From assembly GCA_044356295.1 (NCBI GenBank), contig JBIKWN010000007.1, positions 1-64,000 of the forward strand: DNA of 64,000 nt, in the 5' to 3' direction. Under the pieces are notes generated by a model that did not search any database, was not told where the DNA came from, and worked only from the letters and a program-made list of their open reading frames with translations. Position numbers and translations under genes: made by a program. This DNA is from Bdellovibrionota bacterium. GTDB taxonomy: Bacteria > Bdellovibrionota_C > UBA2361 > JBIKWN01. Of the stretch, positions 1-10,078 are shown one piece after another. Position 1 is the stretch's first letter. Every line of letters starts with the position of its first letter.

Positions 1-154
1 GACAGGATGTTACACAAAAGGTTTTTTAGAAGTTTAGTAGTAGACAGTAAATGAGTAGTAGTAAATGCCGAGTTCTAAGATCGGATAAAATTTTTTTGTC
101 TCTGGGGCTTGATTATTCTCATGACAGAAGAATTTAGGTATTCTTTAAAATCCT

Positions 155-1309
155 CTACATTAACCCTTTATACGATTTAATGAGCGACTCAATAACAGGT
201 CGAATAGCAAAACGATTCGCGTAATCTGCTCTAGCTGCAACACCTAATTTTTCTGTTTTATTTGAATCTTTGATAAGTCCCATTATACTTTTGCCAATTG
301 CCATAGGATCATCATGACAAGTCACACCATTTTGTTCATTGATAATTATGCCTTGCCCATTTTCAAGAGCAATTATTGGCAGTCCAAACATCATTGCTTC
401 AATATAAATAAGTCCAAAAGATTCGAATCGACTGGGAGCAATAAATAGGTCTGCACGTTTATAAGCTTCATCGAGTGTTTCATCTGAAACTCGTCCTTCA
501 AAAGTTATATTTTTATTCCATGAGGAATCAAAATTTTCAGTTGAAAGAAATTGTTTTGCTTTAGTAACCGATTCGGAATCACCACCGATGATTCTAAATT
601 GAATCTCTGGAAAAATTTTTAATACAAATGGTATCGCATAAAGTAAAAGATCGATGCCTTTTCTTTGTTCCAATCTTCCTACAAAAAGAATTTCTCGAAC
701 TGAACCATAAGCTCGTCGGAAGTTGGGGGCTTTATCATGAAGTCCAAATGGACATCGAATTTCATAAGAGGCAGAAACTTTGTTGAGCGATTTTACCGTA
801 TCCTCTATCCAACTCGAATTCCAATGAAAGTATTTCGCCTCTCGGTACACAGCTTCTTCACCATCGAGCATAACGGAATTAAAATGTGCATCTTGGCGTA
901 ACTGCTGATACCCAGTTACCGGAACAACAATCGTTTTAAATTCAGGGGTACGAATAAATGGGAGTGCTAAACTATTCCATGATGGAGCAATAACTAAACT
1001 AATCGGATTTTTTGCATGAAGCGCTTTTGCATAGTCAAGCATTGTTGCAAGATAATTATTCATTCCGATTGGAAAAGAGAGATCTAAAAAAAGATCTGTC
1101 TCAATAAATTGTGTTGGGATTTCGTGAATAGTTACGCCTTGATCGTTTCGAATTAGATGCACGTTGCCTGGAGTAAAAACATGTACATCGTAACCTTCTA
1201 AACTTAATGCAACAGCAAATTCATTTGTGTATCGTCCAATTCCTCCAAAATTACTTGGGGGATAAGAATCTGTTATGAACAATACTGTTTGTTTCATTAC
1301 TAATGACAT
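155..1309 (-). CDS. GT4 family glycosyltransferase
   Basis: N-terminal SYPPSNFGGIGRY; FVGRLEQRKGID; PSRFESFGLIYIEAM (EX7E) motifs of GT-B/GT4 enzymes. Confidence 0.9.
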   Translation of the reverse strand: MSLVMKQTVLFITDSYPPSNFGGIGRYTNEFAVALSLEGYDVHVFTPGNVHLIRNDQGVTIHEIPTQFIETDLFLDLSFPIGMNNYLATMLDYAKALHAKNPISLVIAPSWNSLALPFIRTPEFKTIVVPVTGYQQLRQDAHFNSVMLDGEEAVYREAKYFHWNSSWIEDTVKSLNKVSASYEIRCPFGLHDKAPNFRRAYGSVREILFVGRLEQRKGIDLLLYAIPFVLKIFPEIQFRIIGGDSESVTKAKQFLSTENFDSSWNKNITFEGRVSDETLDEAYKRADLFIAPSRFESFGLIYIEAMMFGLPIIALENGQGIIINEQNGVTCHDDPMAIGKSIMGLIKDSNKTEKLGVAARADYANRFAIRPVIESLIKSYKGLM

Positions 1310-1402
1310 GCAATGTTGATTACACTATTTGAGTATACTGCAATCAAAAAGTCAGTTAATTTTGGAACTTATTCGATAAGCTTAAATCGATATTCCCAAT
1401 CT

Positions 1403-3508
1403 CTAGTTTGCGCTAACCTCACTTACCGCTAAGCCCCTTACAACAGTTGAACCTGCACCGATTGCACCTATATTTGTCACAGCACCAGATACCAGATTAA
1501 CAGAGTAAAGTCCTGTAACTCCACCAACAGTGAATGCGCCGTAGCCAGAACCTGATACAACAGGAGATCCCGAAGTATTCGAAGTTATGGATGGAGGAAT
1601 TTCAAATCCAAGTCGTGAACTAAAATCAAGTGATGAACCACCCAAAGTAACCGCAACTGCTGATCCTTGAGTGCCAGCATTTGCAGGATTTTGAATATAC
1701 AAAGAATCAGTTGAGGCATCTAACGTATAGAGAGTTGTTACAGATGCACTAGCAAAAGAATTAGTGTAAGAAACTTCATGCACAGAAGTAGTCGCTCCAT
1801 TAATTGCTGAATCTGTATTTATACCAGAGGCAATATTACCATCAGCATCAACTGGACTACCCGTACTTGGATTAATGCGGAAATTTAGTCCTGTTCCAGT
1901 TACCACTCGTATTCGATCTACCGTAGGATTAAAGTCAAAGCCATATCCTTCAGAGTCGGGACTTGGAAAATCAACTGGGTTACTACTTAAGTCAACAAAC
2001 GCAATTGAACCTGGAGTTCCCACAGCAGTTGCACTACCCGTCTGCGGATCCAAAATATAGACAGTGCCAGTATTTGCAGTAGCATTAATTCCTAGACCCA
2101 TTAACACTCCTGTAGAAGGTCTGAAATCAATACCAACGATAACTTCTCCACTTGTTACACCCGTGATTGAAGCAGTTGTGGTTGTACCAGGAGAGTCGGC
2201 TCGGAATCGAATCAACTGATCACCAGAGGCGGCAAGTGCTATCATTGCTGGCGTTGATGCACTTTGAACTGCCAGACCCAATAATGAATCGGTGCCACCA
2301 TTAATTAATGCTGAAGAAGTTACAGCGGCATTAACCAGATTAATCGAACAAAATCTCTGTTGGCTGTTTGATGCATATTCAAGAACTGCAAAACCACTTC
2401 CTGAAGATACTGGCGAATTCGAAGCGTTCGTTGTTACACCTTCTGGAATATCAAACCCACGAACTTCAATAATATTAAGCGGATCGCCCAGTTCAGTTAA
2501 GGCCAGACCATTTGTTTGCGTGCCAGCATTTGGAGGGGTTTGAATAAATAAAGAATCAGTCGCTGCATCAATTGTATACTGTGTCGTTACAGTTTGATTA
2601 ACTTGATTATTAGTATAAGCGGTTTCTCCGACTGTAGTTGTATCTCCATTAATAGATCCATCCATGTTGGTTCCTGCTGTAGTGTCTCCACCGAGATTAC
2701 CATCAACGAATGCACCAGTATTTGGATTGATGCGAAAATTCTGACCTGAAGCAGTTACAACTCTTAAACGATCGGCAGTTGGATTGAAATCAATCCCAAT
2801 TTTAGTGAGAGCATCAACGCCAATTCTTACAGGATCTGATGAATCATCAACGAACGAACCAGTTGATCCAACAGCAGTTGCAACTCCACTGCGGACTGAG
2901 ATGAGATAGAGCTGGGCTGTTCCTGTAGTCGGATTATATCCAAGTCCGTACAGTAATCCGTTTTGTGGTCGTCTATCGATACTTGCAAGGAATTCACCGG
3001 AATTTATACCAGTAATTGCCTGTACAGAAGATGATTCAGGGGCTGAAGTGTTAAAGGATATTACTTCATTATTAGTAGTGAGTGCTTGAGCATTAGGTGT
3101 AAAGGTTGGTGTAGGCGTTGGTGTGATTGTTGAAGTTGGCGTTTGAGTGGGAGTGATTGTTGGAGTTGATGTCGGTCTTGTTGCAAGACAGCTTACTGTC
3201 ACTTTTCTAGCAGAACGAGATCTCACTGCAAGGAAACAACCTTTTGCTTTGATAGTGGCAGTCTTTCCTTTCTTTAACGTCAATGCACCTTTCGCTGAAC
3301 CCCTTACACTTGGGTTAGTGCATCTTAGTATAACTCTCGATGTACTTTCTGACCTTATGCCTAATGAACATTTATTTGGAATAATGGTAACTGATTTACC
3401 GCGTTGCAACGTCTTGGAAATATTTCCAGAAGCAGCATGTGAGGATGAAATAATTAAAAAGAAACTAAGAAAAATAAAAATCTTAGAAAGTTGATTACAA
3501 ATTCTCAT
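1403..3508 (-). CDS. Secreted protein with two DUF4394-like domains, a Thr/Pro linker and a basic Cys-paired N-terminal repeat
   Basis: Signal peptide after M at 3508 (ORF track starts at 3556); two copies of ID.RP..G.L.GLG...G.DFNPT.DR.RVVT..G.NFRINP; PTSTPTITPT linker. Confidence 0.75.
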   Translation of the reverse strand: MRICNQLSKIFIFLSFFLIISSSHAASGNISKTLQRGKSVTIIPNKCSLGIRSESTSRVILRCTNPSVRGSAKGALTLKKGKTATIKAKGCFLAVRSRSARKVTVSCLATRPTSTPTITPTQTPTSTITPTPTPTFTPNAQALTTNNEVISFNTSAPESSSVQAITGINSGEFLASIDRRPQNGLLYGLGYNPTTGTAQLYLISVRSGVATAVGSTGSFVDDSSDPVRIGVDALTKIGIDFNPTADRLRVVTASGQNFRINPNTGAFVDGNLGGDTTAGTNMDGSINGDTTTVGETAYTNNQVNQTVTTQYTIDAATDSLFIQTPPNAGTQTNGLALTELGDPLNIIEVRGFDIPEGVTTNASNSPVSSGSGFAVLEYASNSQQRFCSINLVNAAVTSSALINGGTDSLLGLAVQSASTPAMIALAASGDQLIRFRADSPGTTTTASITGVTSGEVIVGIDFRPSTGVLMGLGINATANTGTVYILDPQTGSATAVGTPGSIAFVDLSSNPVDFPSPDSEGYGFDFNPTVDRIRVVTGTGLNFRINPSTGSPVDADGNIASGINTDSAINGATTSVHEVSYTNSFASASVTTLYTLDASTDSLYIQNPANAGTQGSAVAVTLGGSSLDFSSRLGFEIPPSITSNTSGSPVVSGSGYGAFTVGGVTGLYSVNLVSGAVTNIGAIGAGSTVVRGLAVSEVSAN

Positions 3509-3680
3509 AAAACAAACACCAATTAGGAGACGCTCACCTTTACAACACGTGGACATCTTTCGTTTTTTTAGCTTTAACTGACGGAACTCTACTAAATAAT
3601 TGGGTATTTGTGTAGTATTAATTGATATTTCAAGTACTTATAAAGGTTAGCGTCCCCTATTTCTAAGCATTGGTTTTTAC

Positions 3681-4856
3681 GTGAAAAAGATTTTATTTTT
3701 AGCACCACAGCCGTTTTTTCAAGAACGAGGCACTCCGATTGCTGTTCGTATGGCTGTGGAAACTCTTGGCAGACAAAAAGAGTTTGAAGTCACGCTGCTG
3801 ACCTATCATGAAGGCTTTGATATTACCTTAGAAGGCGTCAACCATGAACGAATGTGGGCACCTAAATGGCTGTATGGAATTCGACCTGGAATTTCAATTA
3901 AAAAACTTATTGCAGATTTTTTCTTCTTTTTGACGGCACTTAAATTTTTATTATTCGGAAACTTCAACGTCATTCATGCAGTTGAAGAATCAGTATATAT
4001 GGCACTACCCTTTGCGTGGGTTAGGAAAATACCTCTTGTCTATGATATGGACTCCTCTATTGCTGAGCAGTTAACCGATAGTTGGTACCTGCTTCGTCCA
4101 CTCAAGTGGTTTATAAGCTTTGCAGAGCAGTGCGCTATCAAAAAAAGTGTGGGAATACTTGCAGTGTGTGAAGCACTAAAGACAACCGCATCAAATGCCG
4201 GTGCAAAAAAAATCTCTTTACTCTATGACGTCAGCTTATTGGCGGATCAAAATGAATCTACTAAGGAATCACTCAGAGAAACTGCTCATATTACTAAAGA
4301 AACACCTGTCGTACTCTACATTGGTAATCTTGAAGGATATCAAGGTATCGATCTTCTGCTAGAAAGTTTTGGAATTCTTATAAAAAAATTTGTAAGTACT
4401 GACGATTTCTTGACCCCGCATCTAATTATCTTAGGCGGCTCTGAACGACATATAGAAAAATATGCCAATCTCGCTAAGAAACTAGGAATAGAAAAAAACG
4501 TATCACTACTAGGTCCACGTCCACTTTCAATGTTGGGATCTTATCTTTCGCAGGCAACTCTTCTGGTTTCTCCGCGAACGAAGGGGAACAATACTCCTAT
4601 GAAGATATATTCGTATCTTGATTCAGGGGTTCCTATGGTTGCAACTGACCTACCTACTCATACTCAAGTTGTAACGAATGTGGAAGCTTTCCTAGCTCTA
4701 CCGTTAGCATCAAACTATGCAGATGCCCTGTATAGTGCTCTACTCGATCCTGTTGAAGCTTCAAAACGTGCAACTGCTGCCCGCAATGTTATCCACACTA
4801 AATATAATCGATTGAACTTTGATAAGACGTTACTGGAATTTTATTCTCAGATCTAA
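3681..4856 (+). CDS. GT4 family glycosyltransferase
   Basis: APQPFFQERGTPI; YIGNLEGYQGIDLL; NTPMKIYSYL..G.P.VATD. Confidence 0.85.
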   Translation: MKKILFLAPQPFFQERGTPIAVRMAVETLGRQKEFEVTLLTYHEGFDITLEGVNHERMWAPKWLYGIRPGISIKKLIADFFFFLTALKFLLFGNFNVIHAVEESVYMALPFAWVRKIPLVYDMDSSIAEQLTDSWYLLRPLKWFISFAEQCAIKKSVGILAVCEALKTTASNAGAKKISLLYDVSLLADQNESTKESLRETAHITKETPVVLYIGNLEGYQGIDLLLESFGILIKKFVSTDDFLTPHLIILGGSERHIEKYANLAKKLGIEKNVSLLGPRPLSMLGSYLSQATLLVSPRTKGNNTPMKIYSYLDSGVPMVATDLPTHTQVVTNVEAFLALPLASNYADALYSALLDPVEASKRATAARNVIHTKYNRLNFDKTLLEFYSQI

Positions 4857-4884
4857 CCATCACAGACCTAAACATCTTTTTGAT

Positions 4885-6546
4885 CTATATTTTTTGCTCA
4901 TCATAGTGTGCAGTCGACCAACTCTTAAAGGCTCCGGAAAGATTAGAACATGTAAATCCGTTTTGGGATAAAATCCTGCATGCTAAATAAGATCTCATTC
5001 CACTTTGACAATAAACAACGATTGGCTTGGTTTTCGCAAGTTCATTGAGTCGATTTCTCAATTCACCTAAAGGAATGTGAACAGCATGTGGAATCATACC
5101 ATGAGAAATCTCATCAGCATCACGTACATCAAGAATGATTCCCTGAAAATGATCACTATCAAATGATAACGGATGTTCTACTTGAACGAGGCCCGAGATG
5201 ACATTCTGCGCTGCCATACCAGCAATGTTTACTGGATCTTTAGCTGAACCAAAAGGTGGCGCATACGAAAGTTCAAGATCAATAAGATCATGAACCGTTA
5301 ATTTTCCTTTTATCGCAGTTGCAATGACATCAATACGTTTATCAATTCCCTCTTTTCCTACAGCTTGTGCACCGAGCAATTGCCCAGTTTTTGGATTAAA
5401 AAGAAGCTTCAGAGCTATTGAAGTTGCACCAGGATAATAGCCTGCATGGGAATTTGGATGAATAAACACCGCTTTATATTCTAATTCTGATTTTTGCAGC
5501 TGCTTTTCATTAGCGCCGGTTGAAGCCGCAGTGAGATCAAAAACTCGCGCAATTGCAGTTCCAAGGCCGCCTGTAAATTTTTCTTTCAAACCAAAAATTA
5601 TATTATCCGCAACGATTCTTCCTTGTCGATTTGCAGGAACAGCCAATGGTATTGGCATCTTTATACCAAGTACTTGATGCGTTGATTCAACTGCGTCTCC
5701 AAGCGCCCAAATATCAGATACATTGGTTTGCATAAACTCATTTACTGCAATTGCTCCACTTTGACCAAGAAGGACGTTAGCATCTTTTGCTAATGATACG
5801 TTCGGTCTTACTCCTACCCCCATGATAACGAGATCTGTTTCAATTACCTTTCCATATTTTGTAACAATTGATTTTAGTGATGCACCCTCAGTTTTAATTG
5901 CAGATAGAGGATCTGCTAAAACTAATTTTACATCTTTATCTTGAACTTCTTTATGAATAAATTGTGCCATCTCTGGGTCAAGCGGAGCTAAGAGCTGGGG
6001 CGAACCTTCTACAATAGTAACTTTTAATCCGATACGGTGAAGTTGTTCAGAAACTTCAAGACCAATAAAACCACCACCGACTACTGTTGCATGTTGGGGA
6101 TTCTTGGTATCAATCCACTGAATAATTGAATCCATATCACCCATGTCTCGCAGAGTAAAAACGCCTGCCGCATCAATACCTTCTATTGGAGGTTTAATTG
6201 GAGAAGCACCAGTTGAAATTACAAGATGATCGAAACTCTCTTGGTACGTATTTCCGGTAAGGACATCTTGAACTATGACGAATTTCTTTTGTGGATCAAT
6301 CTTAGTTACTTCACTGTGTATCCGAACGTCGATGTTGTATCGGGCTTTTAAGCTTTCAGGTGTAGCCATTAAAAGCTTACTGCGTGACTGGATCTCTTTT
6401 CCAATATGATATGGCAGCCCACAGTTTGCAAAAGATACATAAGGACCTTTTTCAAACATTACCACTTCAACGTCTTCAGATATTCTTCGTAATCTTGTTG
6501 CAACATTTGCTCCACCTGCAACGCCACCAATAATAACAACTTTCAT
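4885..6546 (-). CDS. cdr: CoA-disulfide/persulfide reductase with C-terminal rhodanese domain
   Basis: GGVAGG FAD motif, SFANCGLPY redox Cys, GGGFIGLE NAD motif, LSYAPPFG, C-terminal rhodanese YCQSGMRS. Confidence 0.9.
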   Translation of the reverse strand: MKVVIIGGVAGGANVATRLRRISEDVEVVMFEKGPYVSFANCGLPYHIGKEIQSRSKLLMATPESLKARYNIDVRIHSEVTKIDPQKKFVIVQDVLTGNTYQESFDHLVISTGASPIKPPIEGIDAAGVFTLRDMGDMDSIIQWIDTKNPQHATVVGGGFIGLEVSEQLHRIGLKVTIVEGSPQLLAPLDPEMAQFIHKEVQDKDVKLVLADPLSAIKTEGASLKSIVTKYGKVIETDLVIMGVGVRPNVSLAKDANVLLGQSGAIAVNEFMQTNVSDIWALGDAVESTHQVLGIKMPIPLAVPANRQGRIVADNIIFGLKEKFTGGLGTAIARVFDLTAASTGANEKQLQKSELEYKAVFIHPNSHAGYYPGATSIALKLLFNPKTGQLLGAQAVGKEGIDKRIDVIATAIKGKLTVHDLIDLELSYAPPFGSAKDPVNIAGMAAQNVISGLVQVEHPLSFDSDHFQGIILDVRDADEISHGMIPHAVHIPLGELRNRLNELAKTKPIVVYCQSGMRSYLACRILSQNGFTCSNLSGAFKSWSTAHYDEQKI

Positions 6547-6559
6547 ATAATTCCTATCT

Positions 6560-7081
6560 TTATTTATTCCAGGGCATTTTTGCTAAAATCAAAGCCATAC
6601 CGCAGGTGTTAGTCATGCCTGCAAAGACTAATCCTGCACCAACAAATCCACTCAGCATGAGCCATCCACTTTGAGAAGTAACTGCATGAAGAATAATACC
6701 AGCAAGAACAAGCGAACCTGCTGCTATTCGCACCTGTCTATCAATACTTATTACGCCACATGACATTTCGTCTTTCTCAATAGGTAAACCCGATTGTATC
6801 CAAGCAGATGTACCACCGCTGATATTAAGAGCAGAAGTAAATCCTAACGATTCAAGTTTTGTGCAAGCGTTTTCTCCTCTCGTTCCTGCCTGACAAATAA
6901 TAAGAACTTCTTGATGATCAAAGAGAGATTTAATTTTCTGTGGATCAATTTCATTCAATGGAATATTAACGGCTCGAACTACATGCCCCCCACGGTACTC
7001 AGCTGGAGTACGCACATCGATTACCGGGCACCCTAATTCAAATTTCTTTTTAGCTTCTTCTATAGTGATTGAACGTGACAT
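6560..7081 (-). CDS. Membrane-anchored rhodanese (YgaP/DUF2892-type sulfurtransferase)
   Basis: IDVRTPAEY...GHV..AVNIPL, active-site CQAGTR, C-terminal RQV.IAAG...GLVFAGMTNTCGM..ILAKMPWN. Confidence 0.9.
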   Translation of the reverse strand: MSRSITIEEAKKKFELGCPVIDVRTPAEYRGGHVVRAVNIPLNEIDPQKIKSLFDHQEVLIICQAGTRGENACTKLESLGFTSALNISGGTSAWIQSGLPIEKDEMSCGVISIDRQVRIAAGSLVLAGIILHAVTSQSGWLMLSGFVGAGLVFAGMTNTCGMALILAKMPWNK

Positions 7082-7090
7082 ATATATTCC

Positions 7091-7387
7091 TTATGAAAAT
7101 CTTTTTTTAATACAAACAAGTAGATCTAAAAGATGCGTATCTTTAATTTTATATCTTACTTCTTTCCCTACTCGCTCACTGGAAATGAAACCACAATGTT
7201 GAAGCAAGCGAAGGTGTTCACACGCGACGTTGTGTGGAAGATTTCGACTTATCGAAATTTGTTTCACACTTTTTTCGCCATCTGATAATTCGCAAACAAT
7301 TTTCAACCTTGTCGCATTGCCAAGAATCTTCAAACAGTGCGAAGCCTGGTTAAGCGATTCGGAGGATAAGATTTGGTTTAAGTTCAT
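7091..7387 (-). CDS. ArsR/SmtB family regulator, BigR/SqrR-like persulfide sensor
   Basis: LKILGNATRLKIVC, HLRLL, ERVGKEVRY winged HTH; Cys in helix 2 and near C-terminus; heads the rhodanese/cdr operon; start moved from 7423 to ATG at 7387. Confidence 0.85.
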   Translation of the reverse strand: MNLNQILSSESLNQASHCLKILGNATRLKIVCELSDGEKSVKQISISRNLPHNVACEHLRLLQHCGFISSERVGKEVRYKIKDTHLLDLLVCIKKRFS

Positions 7388-7407
7388 ATATCGTATTATT
7401 GCGATAT
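7388..7407. promoter_or_regulatory. Palindromic operator (ATATCG-N8-CGATAT), likely ArsR autoregulatory site
   Basis: atatcg-tattattg-cgatat abuts the ATG at 7387 and overlaps a TTGTTA-N17-AATAAT promoter-like sequence on the minus strand. Confidence 0.6.
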
Positions 7408-7503
7408 TACGACAACTTAACAAGCAAATTCATATCTCTTTGTTATTATTCAGTTTTTATTCATATTTTTTTACAGAATTAACGATTCAGACCCACTGAG
7501 TCG

Positions 7504-8322
7504 TCAGAGCAAGTTTTCAAAGAACTGTGCAGGTGCAGCCAAAACAGGATTAACCTCAGCAACCTTCCAATCAGATAGCCTCACCCACCCCAACGAAGTA
7601 TCCTTAACTTTAACCATCAACCCAGCCTCTTCAATAAGCAAGGCTGCAGGAAGATCCCATGCTTTCACTGTAAACTGAACTTGCACCTGTTCAAACCCCT
7701 GAGCAAGTCTCGAGCAATCATTTGCAAAACCACCAAAACGGTAAAGGTTTTCAACTAGATCTTTTCTTCTAATATTTTCTATAAAAGGCAGTTCACCGTT
7801 TAGTCCTGCATAAAATAATAATCCACACTCGACAAGTTGTTTAGGGATACTTGGTGACAACTTCAAAAACTGGCTACCTTGTTTTTTAATCCATGCACCT
7901 TTGCCACGTTCTGCAACAAACAACGCACGTTGGGGAGCATTAAAAAAAGCAACTGCATGCACTGAACCGTTTCTTACTACTCCAATCATTGGACCAAAAC
8001 CAACTTGAGTATCACGGCTAGTAAAAAATCTTTTACAACTTGTAGTACCATCGAGTGGATCGATAACAAAGTATTCTTTCTGCCCACCAATCAGGTGATG
8101 AGTTTCCGGAAGCTCTTCACTGACGACAACTTCATTTGCAAGGACTTTTGATATCTCATGCTGCAAAGCCAGATCTATATTCATCACAAGGGTATTATCA
8201 GGCTTTACTTGAACTTCAAGTGCATGATTTGCATCAATCATCTGACAAAGCTTTTCAGATGCAGGATGTATCGCGTCAATGGCGCGGAGTGTTGAGGAAT
8301 CAAAAACTGGGGATCCAGTCAT
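7504..8322 (-). CDS. Inositol monophosphatase/CysQ (FIG) family phosphatase
   Basis: VSEE, IDPLDGT and AWD.PAA motifs. Confidence 0.85.
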   Translation of the reverse strand: MTGSPVFDSSTLRAIDAIHPASEKLCQMIDANHALEVQVKPDNTLVMNIDLALQHEISKVLANEVVVSEELPETHHLIGGQKEYFVIDPLDGTTSCKRFFTSRDTQVGFGPMIGVVRNGSVHAVAFFNAPQRALFVAERGKGAWIKKQGSQFLKLSPSIPKQLVECGLLFYAGLNGELPFIENIRRKDLVENLYRFGGFANDCSRLAQGFEQVQVQFTVKAWDLPAALLIEEAGLMVKVKDTSLGWVRLSDWKVAEVNPVLAAPAQFFENLL

Positions 8323-8360
8323 ATAACAATGATTGTAATTGCAATCACTGATTCATACAA

Positions 8361-9347
8361 TCAAATTGTTCTTAATGAATTACCTTGCCGAAGTAATATT
8401 ACCAATACAAAAGGTGAAGCAATAAGTGCAGTCACAACGCCTACTGGAATCTCTGCTGGGGCAATAACAACACGAGCAAACGTATCACAGGCAAGAAGTA
8501 CAATACCGCCTAAGAAGTAACTAAGAATAAGTTGTAATCGACAATGACATCCTACAACCGCACGAGCAAGATAGGGCACTGCAATACCGACGAATCCAAT
8601 CGGTCCACAAAAAGTAACAACAATTCCGATCGCGATTGAAGTAATACTAAAGAGCTGAAATATTGTTCGCTCAACCGAAACGCCTTTCGATTTTGCAAAT
8701 TCAGCATCAATAGCAATCAAACCCAATTCATCGCTTTTGAGTATACTAATGAGTAGTGTGAAAAAAGAGATAACAGCGATGATTCCAACAGCGTGATATC
8801 CAACTACCTCTAAACTGCCCATCAACCATCTTGTCATTCGAAAGATCTCTGAAAAATCTGCGATATACTGCAAAAACAAAACAATACTTGAAAGAAAAAA
8901 ACTAAGTATAACACCAGCAAGTAATAAACGAGATTGCGAATCTCCTTTGACTGAAAATCCTAAAAATGAAACAAATCCTGTCGTCATAATTGCGCCGAGA
9001 ATCCCACCTATGATTACGGCGTTGCCTGATAAGAATTGTGAAGATAGAAACATCATAACAATTGTTGTTCCAACAGCAGCACCAGATGAAACTCCTAACG
9101 TATACGGAGAAGCTAATGGATTTCGGAAAATCGATTGATACACAGAGCCACAAACCGATAAAACAGACCCTACAAAAAATGCTAAAAGCACACGTGGCAC
9201 ACGGACTGACCAAAAGATTTTCGACAGTTCGCCATCATATAGATCTAAAAAAGAAATTTTAATTACACCCAAAAATGGCGCTGTTGCGATAACAACTATT
9301 CCAACAATAAAAATTATAATAAGTAAGCTTCGGGTATGACTTGTCAC
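8361..9347 (-). CDS. btuC: Cobalamin ABC transporter permease (FecCD/BtuC family)
   Basis: RVPRVL, FRNPLASPYTLGVSSGA, GPIGFVG, EIPVGVVTA; in riboswitch-led operon. Confidence 0.85.
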   Translation of the reverse strand: MTSHTRSLLIIIFIVGIVVIATAPFLGVIKISFLDLYDGELSKIFWSVRVPRVLLAFFVGSVLSVCGSVYQSIFRNPLASPYTLGVSSGAAVGTTIVMMFLSSQFLSGNAVIIGGILGAIMTTGFVSFLGFSVKGDSQSRLLLAGVILSFFLSSIVLFLQYIADFSEIFRMTRWLMGSLEVVGYHAVGIIAVISFFTLLISILKSDELGLIAIDAEFAKSKGVSVERTIFQLFSITSIAIGIVVTFCGPIGFVGIAVPYLARAVVGCHCRLQLILSYFLGGIVLLACDTFARVVIAPAEIPVGVVTALIASPFVLVILLRQGNSLRTI

Positions 9348-10078
9348 AGAGTAACATCCTGCCCATATGTTGCAGTTATGGACTCCTCAAAGGAAAACTG
9401 ACTCGAAGGTCCATCAAAGATAAGTCCGCCACAAGAAATCGATAAAATACGATCTGAATACTGTGTACTGGCTGCTATGTTATGAGAAGCAATAAGAAAT
9501 GAAACATCACTATTTTGTTTAAGAGATACTATTGTTTCATATAAACGTTTTTGTTGCACCGGATCAAGGTAAACAGTTGGCTCGTCAAGAATAATTAACT
9601 TTGCTTTTTGAGCAAGAGCCCCTGCAAGAAAAACTCGTTGTTGTTCACCACCACTTAGTTCGTGCATCCATCTTTCGGAAAAACTTTCAAGGTGTAGCAT
9701 CGATATTGCATCATCAACAGCTAACCTGTCTTGCTTTTGATACCCAAACAGCGAGGTTACATGCGGATATCGTGCTAGCAAAACAAAATCTTTGACTTGA
9801 ATAGGATAAGTAATATGAAGTCTTTGGGGTAAGTACGAAACAAGTCGTGCAAGGTGGCGATGAGTTAAGGTACTCACTGAAAGACCATCAATAATCACTT
9901 CACCACTTATTAATGGGACGAGCCCTGCAATACTTTTTAACAAAGTAGTTTTACCAGCACCATTAACGCCGATGAGCGATACAATCTCATGTGTATCGAT
10001 GAAAAAAGAAACATCACTGAGAATCTTTTTCTTACCAATACCGACTGTGAGATTTCGTATTTCTAAAATATGATTCAT
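9344..10078 (-). CDS. btuD: Cobalamin ABC transporter ATPase
   Basis: Walker A GVNGAGKT, LSGGEQQR signature, ILDEPT Walker B. Confidence 0.85.
   Translation of the reverse strand: MNHILEIRNLTVGIGKKKILSDVSFFIDTHEIVSLIGVNGAGKTTLLKSIAGLVPLISGEVIIDGLSVSTLTHRHLARLVSYLPQRLHITYPIQVKDFVLLARYPHVTSLFGYQKQDRLAVDDAISMLHLESFSERWMHELSGGEQQRVFLAGALAQKAKLIILDEPTVYLDPVQQKRLYETIVSLKQNSDVSFLIASHNIAASTQYSDRILSISCGGLIFDGPSSQFSFEESITATYGQDVTL

Noticed and set aside
35..70. Short agtagtag/agtaaatg repeats at the window start
   Set aside because: Too short and truncated by the window edge to interpret
1875..3494. Short plus-strand ORFs (1875-2060, 2292-2543, 3147-3494) and similar short ORFs across the window
   Set aside because: They lie antisense or out of frame within well-supported genes and show no recognisable motifs
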